DNA of 64,000 bases from Leptonemataceae bacterium. Lineage in GTDB: Bacteria; Spirochaetota; Leptospiria; Leptospirales; Leptonemataceae. Location: positions 4,640,206 to 4,704,205 of the forward strand of contig OZ245742.1 of assembly GCA_965227295.1 (NCBI GenBank). The letters run 5' to 3'. A program made the translations under genes and the position numbers. Positions 1-8,264 of the stretch are shown piece by piece; within the stretch, counting starts at the first letter, position 1; each line of letters opens with the position of its first letter. The notes beneath the pieces are model-generated. The model was not told where the DNA came from. It saw only the letters and a program-made list of their open reading frames with translations, and did not search any database.

Positions 1-1
1 T

Positions 2-271
2 TCCATCGCTACGATGGGTGGGCTGATGCGAGCGAAACAACACGCCGGACGGCGCATGGGATCGGCCGCCGTCCTGGCCGACGCGAACTGTACGAAGACG
101 TGTTTGATCATGTCGGTGATTCTGCTCGTCGCCGCGGGTGCTTACACGTATCTACGGTTGCCGTACGTCGATGCCGTCGGCGCGCTGGGCCTCGCGTTCT
201 ACTCGTTTCGCGAAGGTCGGGAATGTTTCGAGAAGGCCCGCGAACCGGAAAAGCACTGCGGCCAGTGCTGA
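2..271 (+). CDS. C-terminal fragment of an integral membrane protein (cation-transporter-like); 5' end lies outside the window
   Basis: The frame is open from the window edge to TGA at 269-271. It has hydrophobic helices (LIMSVILLVAAGAYTY, AVGALGLAFYSF) followed by a REGRECFEKA tail. The family assignment rests only on resemblance. Confidence 0.4.
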   Translation, partial: SIATMGGLMRAKQHAGRRMGSAAVLADANCTKTCLIMSVILLVAAGAYTYLRLPYVDAVGALGLAFYSFREGRECFEKAREPEKHCGQC

Positions 272-459
272 TTTCTACTGCGGCATGGCGGTCATGACGA
301 AACTTTGCGATTGCGCAAGAGATCTTTCCGGATAGCATGACGCGCGCAGTGAGTCTCTTTCACGCCGCCCGCAATCACCCGATACTCACATTGCCGGCGC
401 AACCGTAGACGGCCCTGGATCCGCTCGACAAAAGCATACTGTATCTCTGGAACAGTCGC

Positions 460-1212
460 GTGATCTTCGCGACCAACCGCATGCAGACGGACTTTCACGC
501 CCATTACGCGGCCACCCTCGCCATCTCCCCGACGCGCAAACAGTTTCACATTGAAACGAAGGACGGCCGCGGCTCCTACCAGGCCGTACTGGTTACGCCG
601 AACACGTATCATCGCACCATCTCGCCGGGAGTCGAGATGATCGCCCTGCTCATCGATCCGGAGACCGACGAATACGAGGCCATCGGCGGCATGGCCGCCC
701 AGGGCGAAGTGCGGCCGCTGCAACTCAGCGCGTTCGAACCGCTGCTCGATCGTCTGCTGGAACTCTACTACGGAACCTTAAGCGCCGCCGCGGCCTGGGA
801 ATTGCAGTTGGATGTCCTGCGCACCGTGCATCCGTTGCCGCAACTGAAAAAGATCACGGACGATCGCATTCTCAGCATCATTCGCAGGATTCGTACGGAG
901 CTGCCGGATCGCATCAACATGAAGGAACTCGGCCGCGATCTCGATCTTTCCGAAGATCGCCTCACGCGCATCTTCAAAGAAAACCTGGGCATTCCGCTGC
1001 GTCGGTATCTCTTATGGGTGCGCTTGCTGCATTCGGTCCGCCTGCTCAGCCGCGGACTCAGCGTCACCGAGGTCGCCCACGCCGCCGGCTTCGCGGATTC
1101 GGCACACTTCACGCGCACGTTCAAAGAAAACTTCGGTTTCGTACCTTCGCTCTTCATCGGCCATCTCAAGTCCGTGGAGGTCCGCGATTGCGAAGCCGAC
1201 GACGATCGCTAA
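460..1212 (+). CDS. AraC family transcriptional regulator
   Basis: C-terminal double AraC-type HTH (LSEDRLTRIFKENLGIPLRRYLLWVRL ... VTEVAHAAGFADSAHFTRTFKENFGFVPS). The start may be GTG 460 or ATG 481. Confidence 0.85.
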   Translation: MIFATNRMQTDFHAHYAATLAISPTRKQFHIETKDGRGSYQAVLVTPNTYHRTISPGVEMIALLIDPETDEYEAIGGMAAQGEVRPLQLSAFEPLLDRLLELYYGTLSAAAAWELQLDVLRTVHPLPQLKKITDDRILSIIRRIRTELPDRINMKELGRDLDLSEDRLTRIFKENLGIPLRRYLLWVRLLHSVRLLSRGLSVTEVAHAAGFADSAHFTRTFKENFGFVPSLFIGHLKSVEVRDCEADDDR

Positions 1213-1263
1213 AAAAACGCGCGCATCCCGAAATCATTCAAGCGACGCCCAGGCCCCCGGGGT

Positions 1264-2181
1264 ATGATCCCCGCACTGAGGAGTCGCATCATGCCCGTAG
1301 AAACGCGCGGGGGCTGGTTGTCCCGACTGTCCGCCCGCATATCACGATTTCATTCCAGTTCCGTACACGAACCTGCCGAAGAGGAACGAGCCGGCTTTCG
1401 TCGCGCCCAACGCCTGGCCTATGACTGCGTACTCGCCGTCGAACAGGAACTTCAGCCGGGCTGGACCGAACAGCAAACCGCGCGCCTCATGGACACCTAT
1501 CTTCGCGATCACGGCGTGCATGTATATCTGCACCGCCCCTTCGCCTGGTTCGGTGAGCATGCCCGCTTCGACGGCTACAAACGCTTCACGGACTTTCATC
1601 CAGGCAAACGTCGCCTGCAGGCCGACGAACCGTTCATCCTCGACGTCTCGCCCGCCGTCGACGGATACATCGGCGACATCGGTTACTCGTCGTGTCTGCA
1701 GGCCAATGCGGAGCTCGACGCCGGCATGGAGTACTTACTGGAACTGCGCGAAGCCTTACCGCGCTACTTCGCGTCTTCCATGAGCGCGGCCGAGATTTGG
1801 ATGCAAGTCGACCGCGACGCCGCGGCCCGGGGCTTCGATAACATCCATGCTCGTTATCCGTTCGCAGTCCTGGGTCATCGCGTCTATCGCCTGCGATTGT
1901 GGAAGTGGCGCCTGCCGCGCATTCCGCTGACGTTCGCAAGCTGGTTCAGTCTCCAGGGGGGCCTCGAGTTCACCACCCACAAGGTGCTGCCCGAATTGCT
2001 CACACCGGATCACGAAGGTGATAAGACCGGGCTGTGGGCGATCGAACCGCACTTCGGCCGCGGCCGCGTCGGCTTCAAGTTCGAAGAGATCCTGGTCGTC
2101 GAAAAAGAGCGCGCCTACTGGCTCGACGACGACGTTCCCCACGTGCGCAAGTATCAGCGGCGCCGGGAGTTGGCACGATGA
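1264..2181 (+). CDS. M24 family metallopeptidase-like protein (Xaa-Pro peptidase/creatinase fold)
   Basis: Pita-bread fold signatures: ILDVSPAVDGYIGDIGYS (Asp pair), LGHRVY, and FEEILVVE near the C-terminus. The stop overlaps the next start as ATGA at 2178-2181. Confidence 0.6.
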   Translation: MIPALRSRIMPVETRGGWLSRLSARISRFHSSSVHEPAEEERAGFRRAQRLAYDCVLAVEQELQPGWTEQQTARLMDTYLRDHGVHVYLHRPFAWFGEHARFDGYKRFTDFHPGKRRLQADEPFILDVSPAVDGYIGDIGYSSCLQANAELDAGMEYLLELREALPRYFASSMSAAEIWMQVDRDAAARGFDNIHARYPFAVLGHRVYRLRLWKWRLPRIPLTFASWFSLQGGLEFTTHKVLPELLTPDHEGDKTGLWAIEPHFGRGRVGFKFEEILVVEKERAYWLDDDVPHVRKYQRRRELAR

Positions 2182-3437
2182 AACTTAAACATGTTATTTT
2201 AATTGGGGCGGTGCTGCTCCTGGCGCTGATTCTGCTCGGCGGACCACCCGAGGGCGTCCGGATCGGACCGGCGTACACGGCCGGCGCAGTCCCGGCGTCC
2301 ATCCAGGCGGTGGAAGCCCCCGGTGATCCCCTGGCAACGGTCCGCAAAGAAATTCCGCAACTGCCCGGCCATGACGACCTCGTCTTCGCATCCGACGGCC
2401 GCACGGCTTACGCCTCCGGCATGGACGGCTGGATCTGGAAACTCGATCTGCATCACGGCACGGCCGAGGCCTGGGTCCGGCCGCCGGTGAACCCGGCGGG
2501 CATGCGCTTCGCAAACGCGCGGGAAGATGATCTGCTCTTCTGCGCCTCGCGTCTCGGCGGCGAAGAGTACGGCGCCGAAAACCGCGTAGGCCTGTACGAA
2601 GTAAACCTTCGCAGCGCGAAAGTTACGCCGCTCCTGCTCGATCTGCCGCTCGGTCCGGACGACGACGGGGAACAGGTCTACGCCGCCGCCAGGCAAAGCG
2701 CGGTGTCCCTCGACGAAATGAACGCGAACAACTCGCGGCCGTTCGCGTTGTGCAACGACCTGGCCGTATCCGCCGACGGAAAACGCATCTACGTAACCGA
2801 ACCCTTCGTGCGCCCGCATGCCGCCATGGGCAGCGGCGCCGTACCCGAGGCGATCGGCCTGTATCCGCACGGTAAGCTGTGGCGCTTCGATCGCGAACAA
2901 CGCACGGTCGCCCTGGTACTCGACGGTTTCACCTTCGTCGACGGCATCCTGCTCGAAGAACGCAACGGGGAAGAAGAGTCCGTCCTGATTACCGAGACCA
3001 CGAAGTTTCGTCTGCTGCGCGCCCATCTCACCGGCCCGCGCGCCGGCACAACCGAGGTGCTCTTCAAAGATTTACCGGGCCTCGCCGACGGCCTGGACCG
3101 CGATGACGACGGGCGCATCTGGATCGGCATCATCAAGAAACGCTCCGGCCTCATGAACTTCGTGCACGCGAATCCCTGGATCAAACCGTTGCTCTTACGT
3201 ATACCCCAGGCGATGTTACCGGTTTCAAAGACCACCGGCATCCTCGTGCTGGATCGGCACGCCCGACAACCGCTCTACTTCACAATGCACGACGGTTCAG
3301 CCGTCGCGGATATTTCCGTCGCCGTCCCGTACTCCGGCCGCGCATATCTGCCGACCTTCGATCGACACGCCCGCGGTCTCTACTCTCTCTCCATCGACGA
3401 CATCTTAAACGCGCCGAACCAGGAGCGCGAACCGTGA
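2178..3437 (+). CDS. Strictosidine synthase-like / SMP-30-type six-bladed beta-propeller protein with N-terminal membrane anchor (paralog 1)
   Basis: The start is taken at ATG 2178 (MKLKHVILIGAVLLLALILLGG signal/anchor), not track position 2034. Propeller motifs present: NDLAVSADGKRIYVTE, FVDGILL, LPGLADGLDRDDDGRIWIGI. Confidence 0.65.
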   Translation: MKLKHVILIGAVLLLALILLGGPPEGVRIGPAYTAGAVPASIQAVEAPGDPLATVRKEIPQLPGHDDLVFASDGRTAYASGMDGWIWKLDLHHGTAEAWVRPPVNPAGMRFANAREDDLLFCASRLGGEEYGAENRVGLYEVNLRSAKVTPLLLDLPLGPDDDGEQVYAAARQSAVSLDEMNANNSRPFALCNDLAVSADGKRIYVTEPFVRPHAAMGSGAVPEAIGLYPHGKLWRFDREQRTVALVLDGFTFVDGILLEERNGEEESVLITETTKFRLLRAHLTGPRAGTTEVLFKDLPGLADGLDRDDDGRIWIGIIKKRSGLMNFVHANPWIKPLLLRIPQAMLPVSKTTGILVLDRHARQPLYFTMHDGSAVADISVAVPYSGRAYLPTFDRHARGLYSLSIDDILNAPNQEREP

Positions 3438-4705
3438 AACGCATACGATATGTCCTGCTCGCCGTCGTTGTCATCATAGGCATCGTGCTGTGGAGTTTTT
3501 CCGCGACACCCGAACCATACTTCATCGAGCAAATCGGCGCCGGCGTGGACTTTCCCACGAATCATTCCATAGAAAAAGTCCGGGCGAATCTGGACACGGT
3601 CGGGCTGCGAACGCTCTACGAAAACGTGCCGGCTCAGGATGAGATCCTGCTGCAGGAAGCGCAGGGCCGCGCCTTCGTGGCCGCCATGGACGGTGCCATC
3701 TGGATCATCGACCTGAATTCGCAAACGGCGCGCCCCTTCGTAACGCCGCCGCTCATGCCGGCCGGCATGGTCGCCCATCCGCGTGATCCCGACCTCATCT
3801 ACTTCTGCGCATCCCGAAAAAAACCGGACGACCCGGTACAGGAGAACGGTCCCGGCATCTATCAACTACGCGTTTCCACCAGGCAGGTGACGAAAATCGG
3901 CGATCGTGTTCCCGCCATCCCGGACGGCGAACCGGCAGCAAAGCAAAGTACATTCGGCACGCTCTATGCCGACGGAACCCAACCGCGGTGGCGCATCGAC
4001 GAGATGCACGCCGGCAACAGTCGGGCCGTGGAGAAGGCGGACGACCTGGCCATCAGCAATGACGGCGAACGCATTTACTTCACCGAACCCTACGATCATC
4101 CCGGGGCCATCCTGGGCGTAAGCGATCAGTCCCGCAACGAGGCCCTCAGTCTGGGCCGGAACGGCAACATCTGGAAATACGATCTTCGCAACGGAACCGC
4201 CGCCCTCGTCGCCCACGGCTACTCGTACGTCGACGGCATCCTCCTGGAATATTCCGCGGCGGGAGAACGGGAAACCGCGCTTCTGGTCAACGAGCTCTCA
4301 CACTTTCGTTTGCTTCGACTCCACCTGCGCGGGGCGAACGCCGGACAGGATGACGTTGTCATCGAAGGTTTGCCGGGCTTCCCGGACGGCATGGACCGCG
4401 ATCCCGCCGGTCGTATCTGGGTGGCTCTGGTCGTGGAGCGATCCGTGCTCATCAACTGGCTGCATCGTCACCCGTTCTGGAAACGTTTCGTGATGTACAT
4501 CCCGCAGCGCTATCAGCCGGTGTCACGCCGCACCGCATTGCTGGTGCTCTCCCCGGACGGAGGGACACCGCTTTACTACGGCGTGCACGACGGCTCGCGT
4601 TTTTCAACGTTGATCGTCGTGATCCCGGGGAGTGAACTCGTCTACCTCGCCGTGTATGCACCGGACCGGCGCGGCATCGAAGTGATGCCCTATCCGTCCC
4701 TTTGA
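3434..4705 (+). CDS. Strictosidine synthase-like beta-propeller protein (paralog 2)
   Basis: The GTG start overlaps the upstream stop (GTGA at 3434-3437). Architecture matches paralog 1: N-terminal hydrophobic helix, DDLAISNDGERIYFTE, YVDGILL, LPGFPDGMDRDPAGRIWVALV. Confidence 0.65.
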   Translation: MKRIRYVLLAVVVIIGIVLWSFSATPEPYFIEQIGAGVDFPTNHSIEKVRANLDTVGLRTLYENVPAQDEILLQEAQGRAFVAAMDGAIWIIDLNSQTARPFVTPPLMPAGMVAHPRDPDLIYFCASRKKPDDPVQENGPGIYQLRVSTRQVTKIGDRVPAIPDGEPAAKQSTFGTLYADGTQPRWRIDEMHAGNSRAVEKADDLAISNDGERIYFTEPYDHPGAILGVSDQSRNEALSLGRNGNIWKYDLRNGTAALVAHGYSYVDGILLEYSAAGERETALLVNELSHFRLLRLHLRGANAGQDDVVIEGLPGFPDGMDRDPAGRIWVALVVERSVLINWLHRHPFWKRFVMYIPQRYQPVSRRTALLVLSPDGGTPLYYGVHDGSRFSTLIVVIPGSELVYLAVYAPDRRGIEVMPYPSL

Positions 4706-4801
4706 AACGGGAGCATCCGACCGCACCGACGCCGTCCTGCGATCATAAAAAACCCACACGATATCCTTGACAACCCCACCGCGTATCGAGCACCCTGGGC
4801 C

Positions 4802-5287
4802 ATGGCGCGACGCATGTGGAAGTCCTCCTTCACGTTCTACGTGCTGCTGCTCTCGTTCCCCAACGTAATCATCGGACTCTGGCTCGCTGTTTATCCGCCG
4901 TCGCTCTTGCCCTACATCTTTCCCCAGGAAAGCAGTCTTATGTCCGATCATCCGGCGGCGGAAGCATCGGCCGCGGAAACGGACGAAGCGCCGGCACCGA
5001 GTCTCACCGAACTCGCCGCGGCCGAGCGCAATCTGCTCGCCCGCCTGGCCGGCCTCGGCATGTTTCTCGTGAGCGTGCTGTTGCTCACGGGACGCCGGGA
5101 ACCCGGCCGCAACCGCGAGTTCATGTTCTGGATCGCGCTCTATTTTCTGGGCCTGTCGGTGCTCACCATCGCGGCGGCCTACTTCGGCGAGGCGAGTCTC
5201 TGGATTCTGATCGGCTCCGTCTACTGGCTCGTGGCGGCAATCTTCCTCATGATGTTTGCATCGCGCAATTTGTTGGTCAGAGAGTAG
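4802..5287 (+). CDS. Hypothetical multi-pass membrane protein
   Basis: Four hydrophobic segments (FTFYVLLLSFPNVIIGLWLAV, LAGLGMFLVSVLLL, FWIALYFLGLSVLTIAAAYF, ILIGSVYWLVAAIFLMMF). No family recognised. Confidence 0.5.
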   Translation: MARRMWKSSFTFYVLLLSFPNVIIGLWLAVYPPSLLPYIFPQESSLMSDHPAAEASAAETDEAPAPSLTELAAAERNLLARLAGLGMFLVSVLLLTGRREPGRNREFMFWIALYFLGLSVLTIAAAYFGEASLWILIGSVYWLVAAIFLMMFASRNLLVRE

Positions 5288-5308
5288 CCGGGTCGTTACC
5301 ATGGTCCA

Positions 5309-5929
5309 ATGACGATTCGTCTCGTCGAAGACATCAAAGCCATCTTTCGGAACGACCCGGCGGCGAAGGGCCTGGAATTCCTCGTATATCCATCCCTCCA
5401 CGCCATCGTCATGCACCGGCTCATCTGCCGGCCGCTCTATTGCCTGCGCCTGAGATTTCTGGCGCGGCTGTTCTCCCAGATCTCGCGCTGGCTCACGGGC
5501 ATGGAAATCCATCCCGGCGCGAAGATCGAAGGCGGATTCTTCTGTGATCACGGCATGGCCGTGGTCATCGGCGCGACGGCCGAGATCGGCAAAAACTGCG
5601 TCATGTTCCACGGTGTCACCCTGGGCGGTACCGGCAAACACGAGGACCAGCGCCATCCCTGCATCGGCGACAACGTTTTCATCGGCACCCACGCCACGTT
5701 GCTCGGCCCCATCAAGGTCGGCCACCATGCGAAGATCGGCGCGGAGACGGTGGTCATCAATCGCGACATCCCGCCGCACTGCACGGTGGTCGGCGCGCCG
5801 GGCATGATCGTCCGCCGCGACGGTAAACGCGTCGATCCGCCGCAGGAATTACCGGTGAGTGACTATCGCGTGAGCGAGAAGGAACTTGAGGAGCGCGAAG
5901 AAGCGCGGGCTGCAGCTCAGATGAATTGA
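5309..5929 (+). CDS. cysE: Serine O-acetyltransferase
   Basis: Typical CysE core: GMEIHPGAKIEGGFFCDHGMAVVIGATAEIGKNCVMFHGVTLGGTGK, followed by hexapeptide repeats (IGDNVFIGTHATLLGPIKVGHHAKIGAETVV). Confidence 0.9.
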   Translation: MTIRLVEDIKAIFRNDPAAKGLEFLVYPSLHAIVMHRLICRPLYCLRLRFLARLFSQISRWLTGMEIHPGAKIEGGFFCDHGMAVVIGATAEIGKNCVMFHGVTLGGTGKHEDQRHPCIGDNVFIGTHATLLGPIKVGHHAKIGAETVVINRDIPPHCTVVGAPGMIVRRDGKRVDPPQELPVSDYRVSEKELEEREEARAAAQMN

Positions 5930-5932
5930 TCG

Positions 5933-6184
5933 TTGGAAGTGCAGGACGTAACATCCGGTATGAAAGCGCAGGAACAAGACGCCGCGGAATGGGCTCGCCA
6001 CATTCGAGCGAATGTGGATCGGATCTGTGCGAAGCATCCGGACGTTGACCCGGAATATGTACGACTTACGTTGATCATGCTGGAACTTACGCCGGAAGAG
6101 AGATTGGAAAGGAGTTTACGCCGTGGTCGAATCGCTCTTTTCAGAAAAGGAACAACAATTCCTGGCGATACTGCTCAAGAATGA
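5933..6184 (+). CDS. Small hypothetical helical protein, possible partner of the downstream nucleotidyltransferase
   Basis: 83-codon ORF (TTG 5933 or ATG 5960) with no obvious Shine-Dalgarno sequence. Its 3' end overlaps the next ORF by 62 nt, so coding status is uncertain. Confidence 0.3.
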   Translation: MEVQDVTSGMKAQEQDAAEWARHIRANVDRICAKHPDVDPEYVRLTLIMLELTPEERLERSLRRGRIALFRKGTTIPGDTAQE

Positions 6185-6587
6185 GGTCCGTTTCATGGTC
6201 GTCGGACTTACCGCCGCCGCGCTACAGGGTGCTCCGATTGTCACCGAGGATGTCGATCTCTGGTTCGAACGTCCGGGCAATCCAGCCTTTCTCCGGGCGT
6301 GCGACGAGGCTGGTGTCACATATATACCGCCCGAGGGGCATCACCCTCCCATGTTCTCAGGACCCGGCGCCGTACTTCTCGATATTGTAACGCATATGCA
6401 TGGGCTCGGGTCGTTCAGCGAAGAGCTGGAAAACGTAACGCGAATCCAAACCGGATCAATTGATCTGCCGGTCCTTTCATTGGAACGAATCATTGCGAGC
6501 AAAGAATCACTTGGAAGACAACGTGATCATCTTGTATTGCCCGCATTACGAGCTACTCTTGCGGCATTGAGAGGCCAGGAAGAATAA
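6123..6587 (+). CDS. Minimal nucleotidyltransferase-fold protein (uncharacterised NTase family)
   Basis: Strong SD sequence (GGAAAGGAG) 8 nt upstream of GTG 6123. NTase-like G..A....G....T.D.D pattern (VVGLTAAALQGAPIVTEDVDLWF). The C-terminal LERIIASKESLGRQRDHLVLPAL resembles the K..aGR.kD tail of small stand-alone NTases. Confidence 0.55.
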   Translation: MVESLFSEKEQQFLAILLKNEVRFMVVGLTAAALQGAPIVTEDVDLWFERPGNPAFLRACDEAGVTYIPPEGHHPPMFSGPGAVLLDIVTHMHGLGSFSEELENVTRIQTGSIDLPVLSLERIIASKESLGRQRDHLVLPALRATLAALRGQEE

Positions 6588-6635
6588 GGCCTCGCCTCCC
6601 TGTCTCCTCACGTAAAAAAAATCCAGCCACATCCA

Positions 6636-7259
6636 TCACGTCATCATCATAATCTGCTGAAACGACACCACGCCGCCTTCTTCGGAGAAAGCGTGCAGAT
6701 AATAATAGCGCGGGTCCAGGTGATACCCGGCCGTCGGTAACTCCGCCACGAAGCCCGGCCCGTCTTCCGGCTCACCCCAGGTCGATTGCACGTAAACGGG
6801 ATAGCCCCCGCCGATGCGCAGGCGCCCCATGGCGTCTTCGATTTCCAGATCATTGCAAAGATCGGAGAACACGCTGCCCCAGCTTTCTTCGTACTCCGAC
6901 GGCTCGCCGATCTCGATCTCGTACTCTTCGAACCTCAGGTAGCCGCCCAACTCCGCGCGGATCTTCGCAAGGTCCGGCGGGTCCTGGAACGGATCGATCT
7001 GCTGCCAGTCTTTGATCTCTATAATCAGGCCTTCTTTCGTCTGCCACGACAGAAAGTCCGGCTCCACGTCGTCGTAGTGCAGAAAGACCGCGGGGCCGGC
7101 ATCGCCCTCACCGGCCCGGCTCAGGTCGAACGCGGCCACCGGGAGAATGCGCGCGGCCAGGTCCTCGTTCCAGTCGGCAAAAATTCGACGCGGGTCCGGG
7201 AAGAGTTCGCAATCCGTGGGCTCCGCGGAGGGCACGGCAAATTGCACCCGACGTTTCAT
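6636..7259 (-). CDS. Hypothetical protein with a possible DUF1963/YwqG-like C-terminal motif
   Basis: The start is taken at MKRRVQF (7259). The motif RIGGGYPVYVQSTWGEP ... YYYLHAF resembles the GGyP.wiQ motif of the YwqG family. Acidic and soluble. Confidence 0.45.
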   Translation of the reverse strand: MKRRVQFAVPSAEPTDCELFPDPRRIFADWNEDLAARILPVAAFDLSRAGEGDAGPAVFLHYDDVEPDFLSWQTKEGLIIEIKDWQQIDPFQDPPDLAKIRAELGGYLRFEEYEIEIGEPSEYEESWGSVFSDLCNDLEIEDAMGRLRIGGGYPVYVQSTWGEPEDGPGFVAELPTAGYHLDPRYYYLHAFSEEGGVVSFQQIMMMT

Positions 7260-7423
7260 GACATGTGTATGATGAAACGCCCCCCGGACGTCAAGGCGGC
7301 TCTTTCCGAACACCGCGGAAACCTGCAAATCATGCACATTTATCTATTTCTACGATTCTTCCCGCGTCCAATCCTGCCGGAGCAGTTCTTGACGGATGGC
7401 CCCGGGAGCGATATTCTGAATCC

Positions 7424-8242
7424 ATGCTGGAATTCGAGCGCGGGGGCGCGGAAAATCCCACCGGGAATCTGCTGTGCTACTGCACGGTGGAAGGCGTGAA
7501 CCCCGTCCAGCCCGGCGGCGACATCATCGTCTGCAACGTGGTGGTGAGTTACGTCTCGGCGCGCTCGAATCATTTCCCCGTCGTCATCTTTCCGCCCGCG
7601 GCCCTGCCGACCCGCGCGGACCTGGACATCCTCATCGAACTCGGCGACAACTACGATCTCGTCCGCATGGAGGACTTCCTCGTACCGCCCGGCGTCGACG
7701 AGGACGAGTACATCCGCGAACGCCTGGAAAGCTTCAACCGCTACGTCATGGAGTACGTCGAACTCTGCCGGGATCGTATCCAGCGGGACCTGCGGGCCCG
7801 GGCACTGGAATTCAACATCGATCCCGACGCCGAGCCCACGTTCGAGTTCCCCGCGGAGTCCCGCGGCTCCGAAGCCGTCGACGAAGGCGGCGAACGTCGC
7901 CGGAGTTCCCGGGAGCGCCGTGCCGCCACGAAAAACGAAGACCCGCTCACGGACGAAGCCTCGGCCATCGACGGCCTGGAAGACCTCGTCGAAAACCTCA
8001 GCGCCAGCCCGGACGACGAACAAAAGCGCATCGAAATGCGCCGGCTCATTCGGTTCATGAAGAACCACTACCCGCGCTACGACGTGCACAACTTCGAGCG
8101 CATCATGAAGAACCAGGCCGAGCGCAGCGACGAACTGCCCCGCCTCTACGTGCAGAAGTTTCGCGCTATTTACGATGAGGCCTACGAGCAGGCCGCGCAG
8201 ATCCAGCACCAGATCCAGCGCCTGGAATCGCCGCAGTCGTAA
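7424..8242 (+). CDS. Hypothetical acidic protein
   Basis: ATG 7424 (MLEFERGG...). The composition looks natural, whereas the 317-aa antisense ORF has V/A/G/R-rich shadow composition. No family recognised. Confidence 0.55.
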   Translation: MLEFERGGAENPTGNLLCYCTVEGVNPVQPGGDIIVCNVVVSYVSARSNHFPVVIFPPAALPTRADLDILIELGDNYDLVRMEDFLVPPGVDEDEYIRERLESFNRYVMEYVELCRDRIQRDLRARALEFNIDPDAEPTFEFPAESRGSEAVDEGGERRRSSRERRAATKNEDPLTDEASAIDGLEDLVENLSASPDDEQKRIEMRRLIRFMKNHYPRYDVHNFERIMKNQAERSDELPRLYVQKFRAIYDEAYEQAAQIQHQIQRLESPQS

Positions 8243-8264
8243 CCAAGCGACGATCACCTGACCT

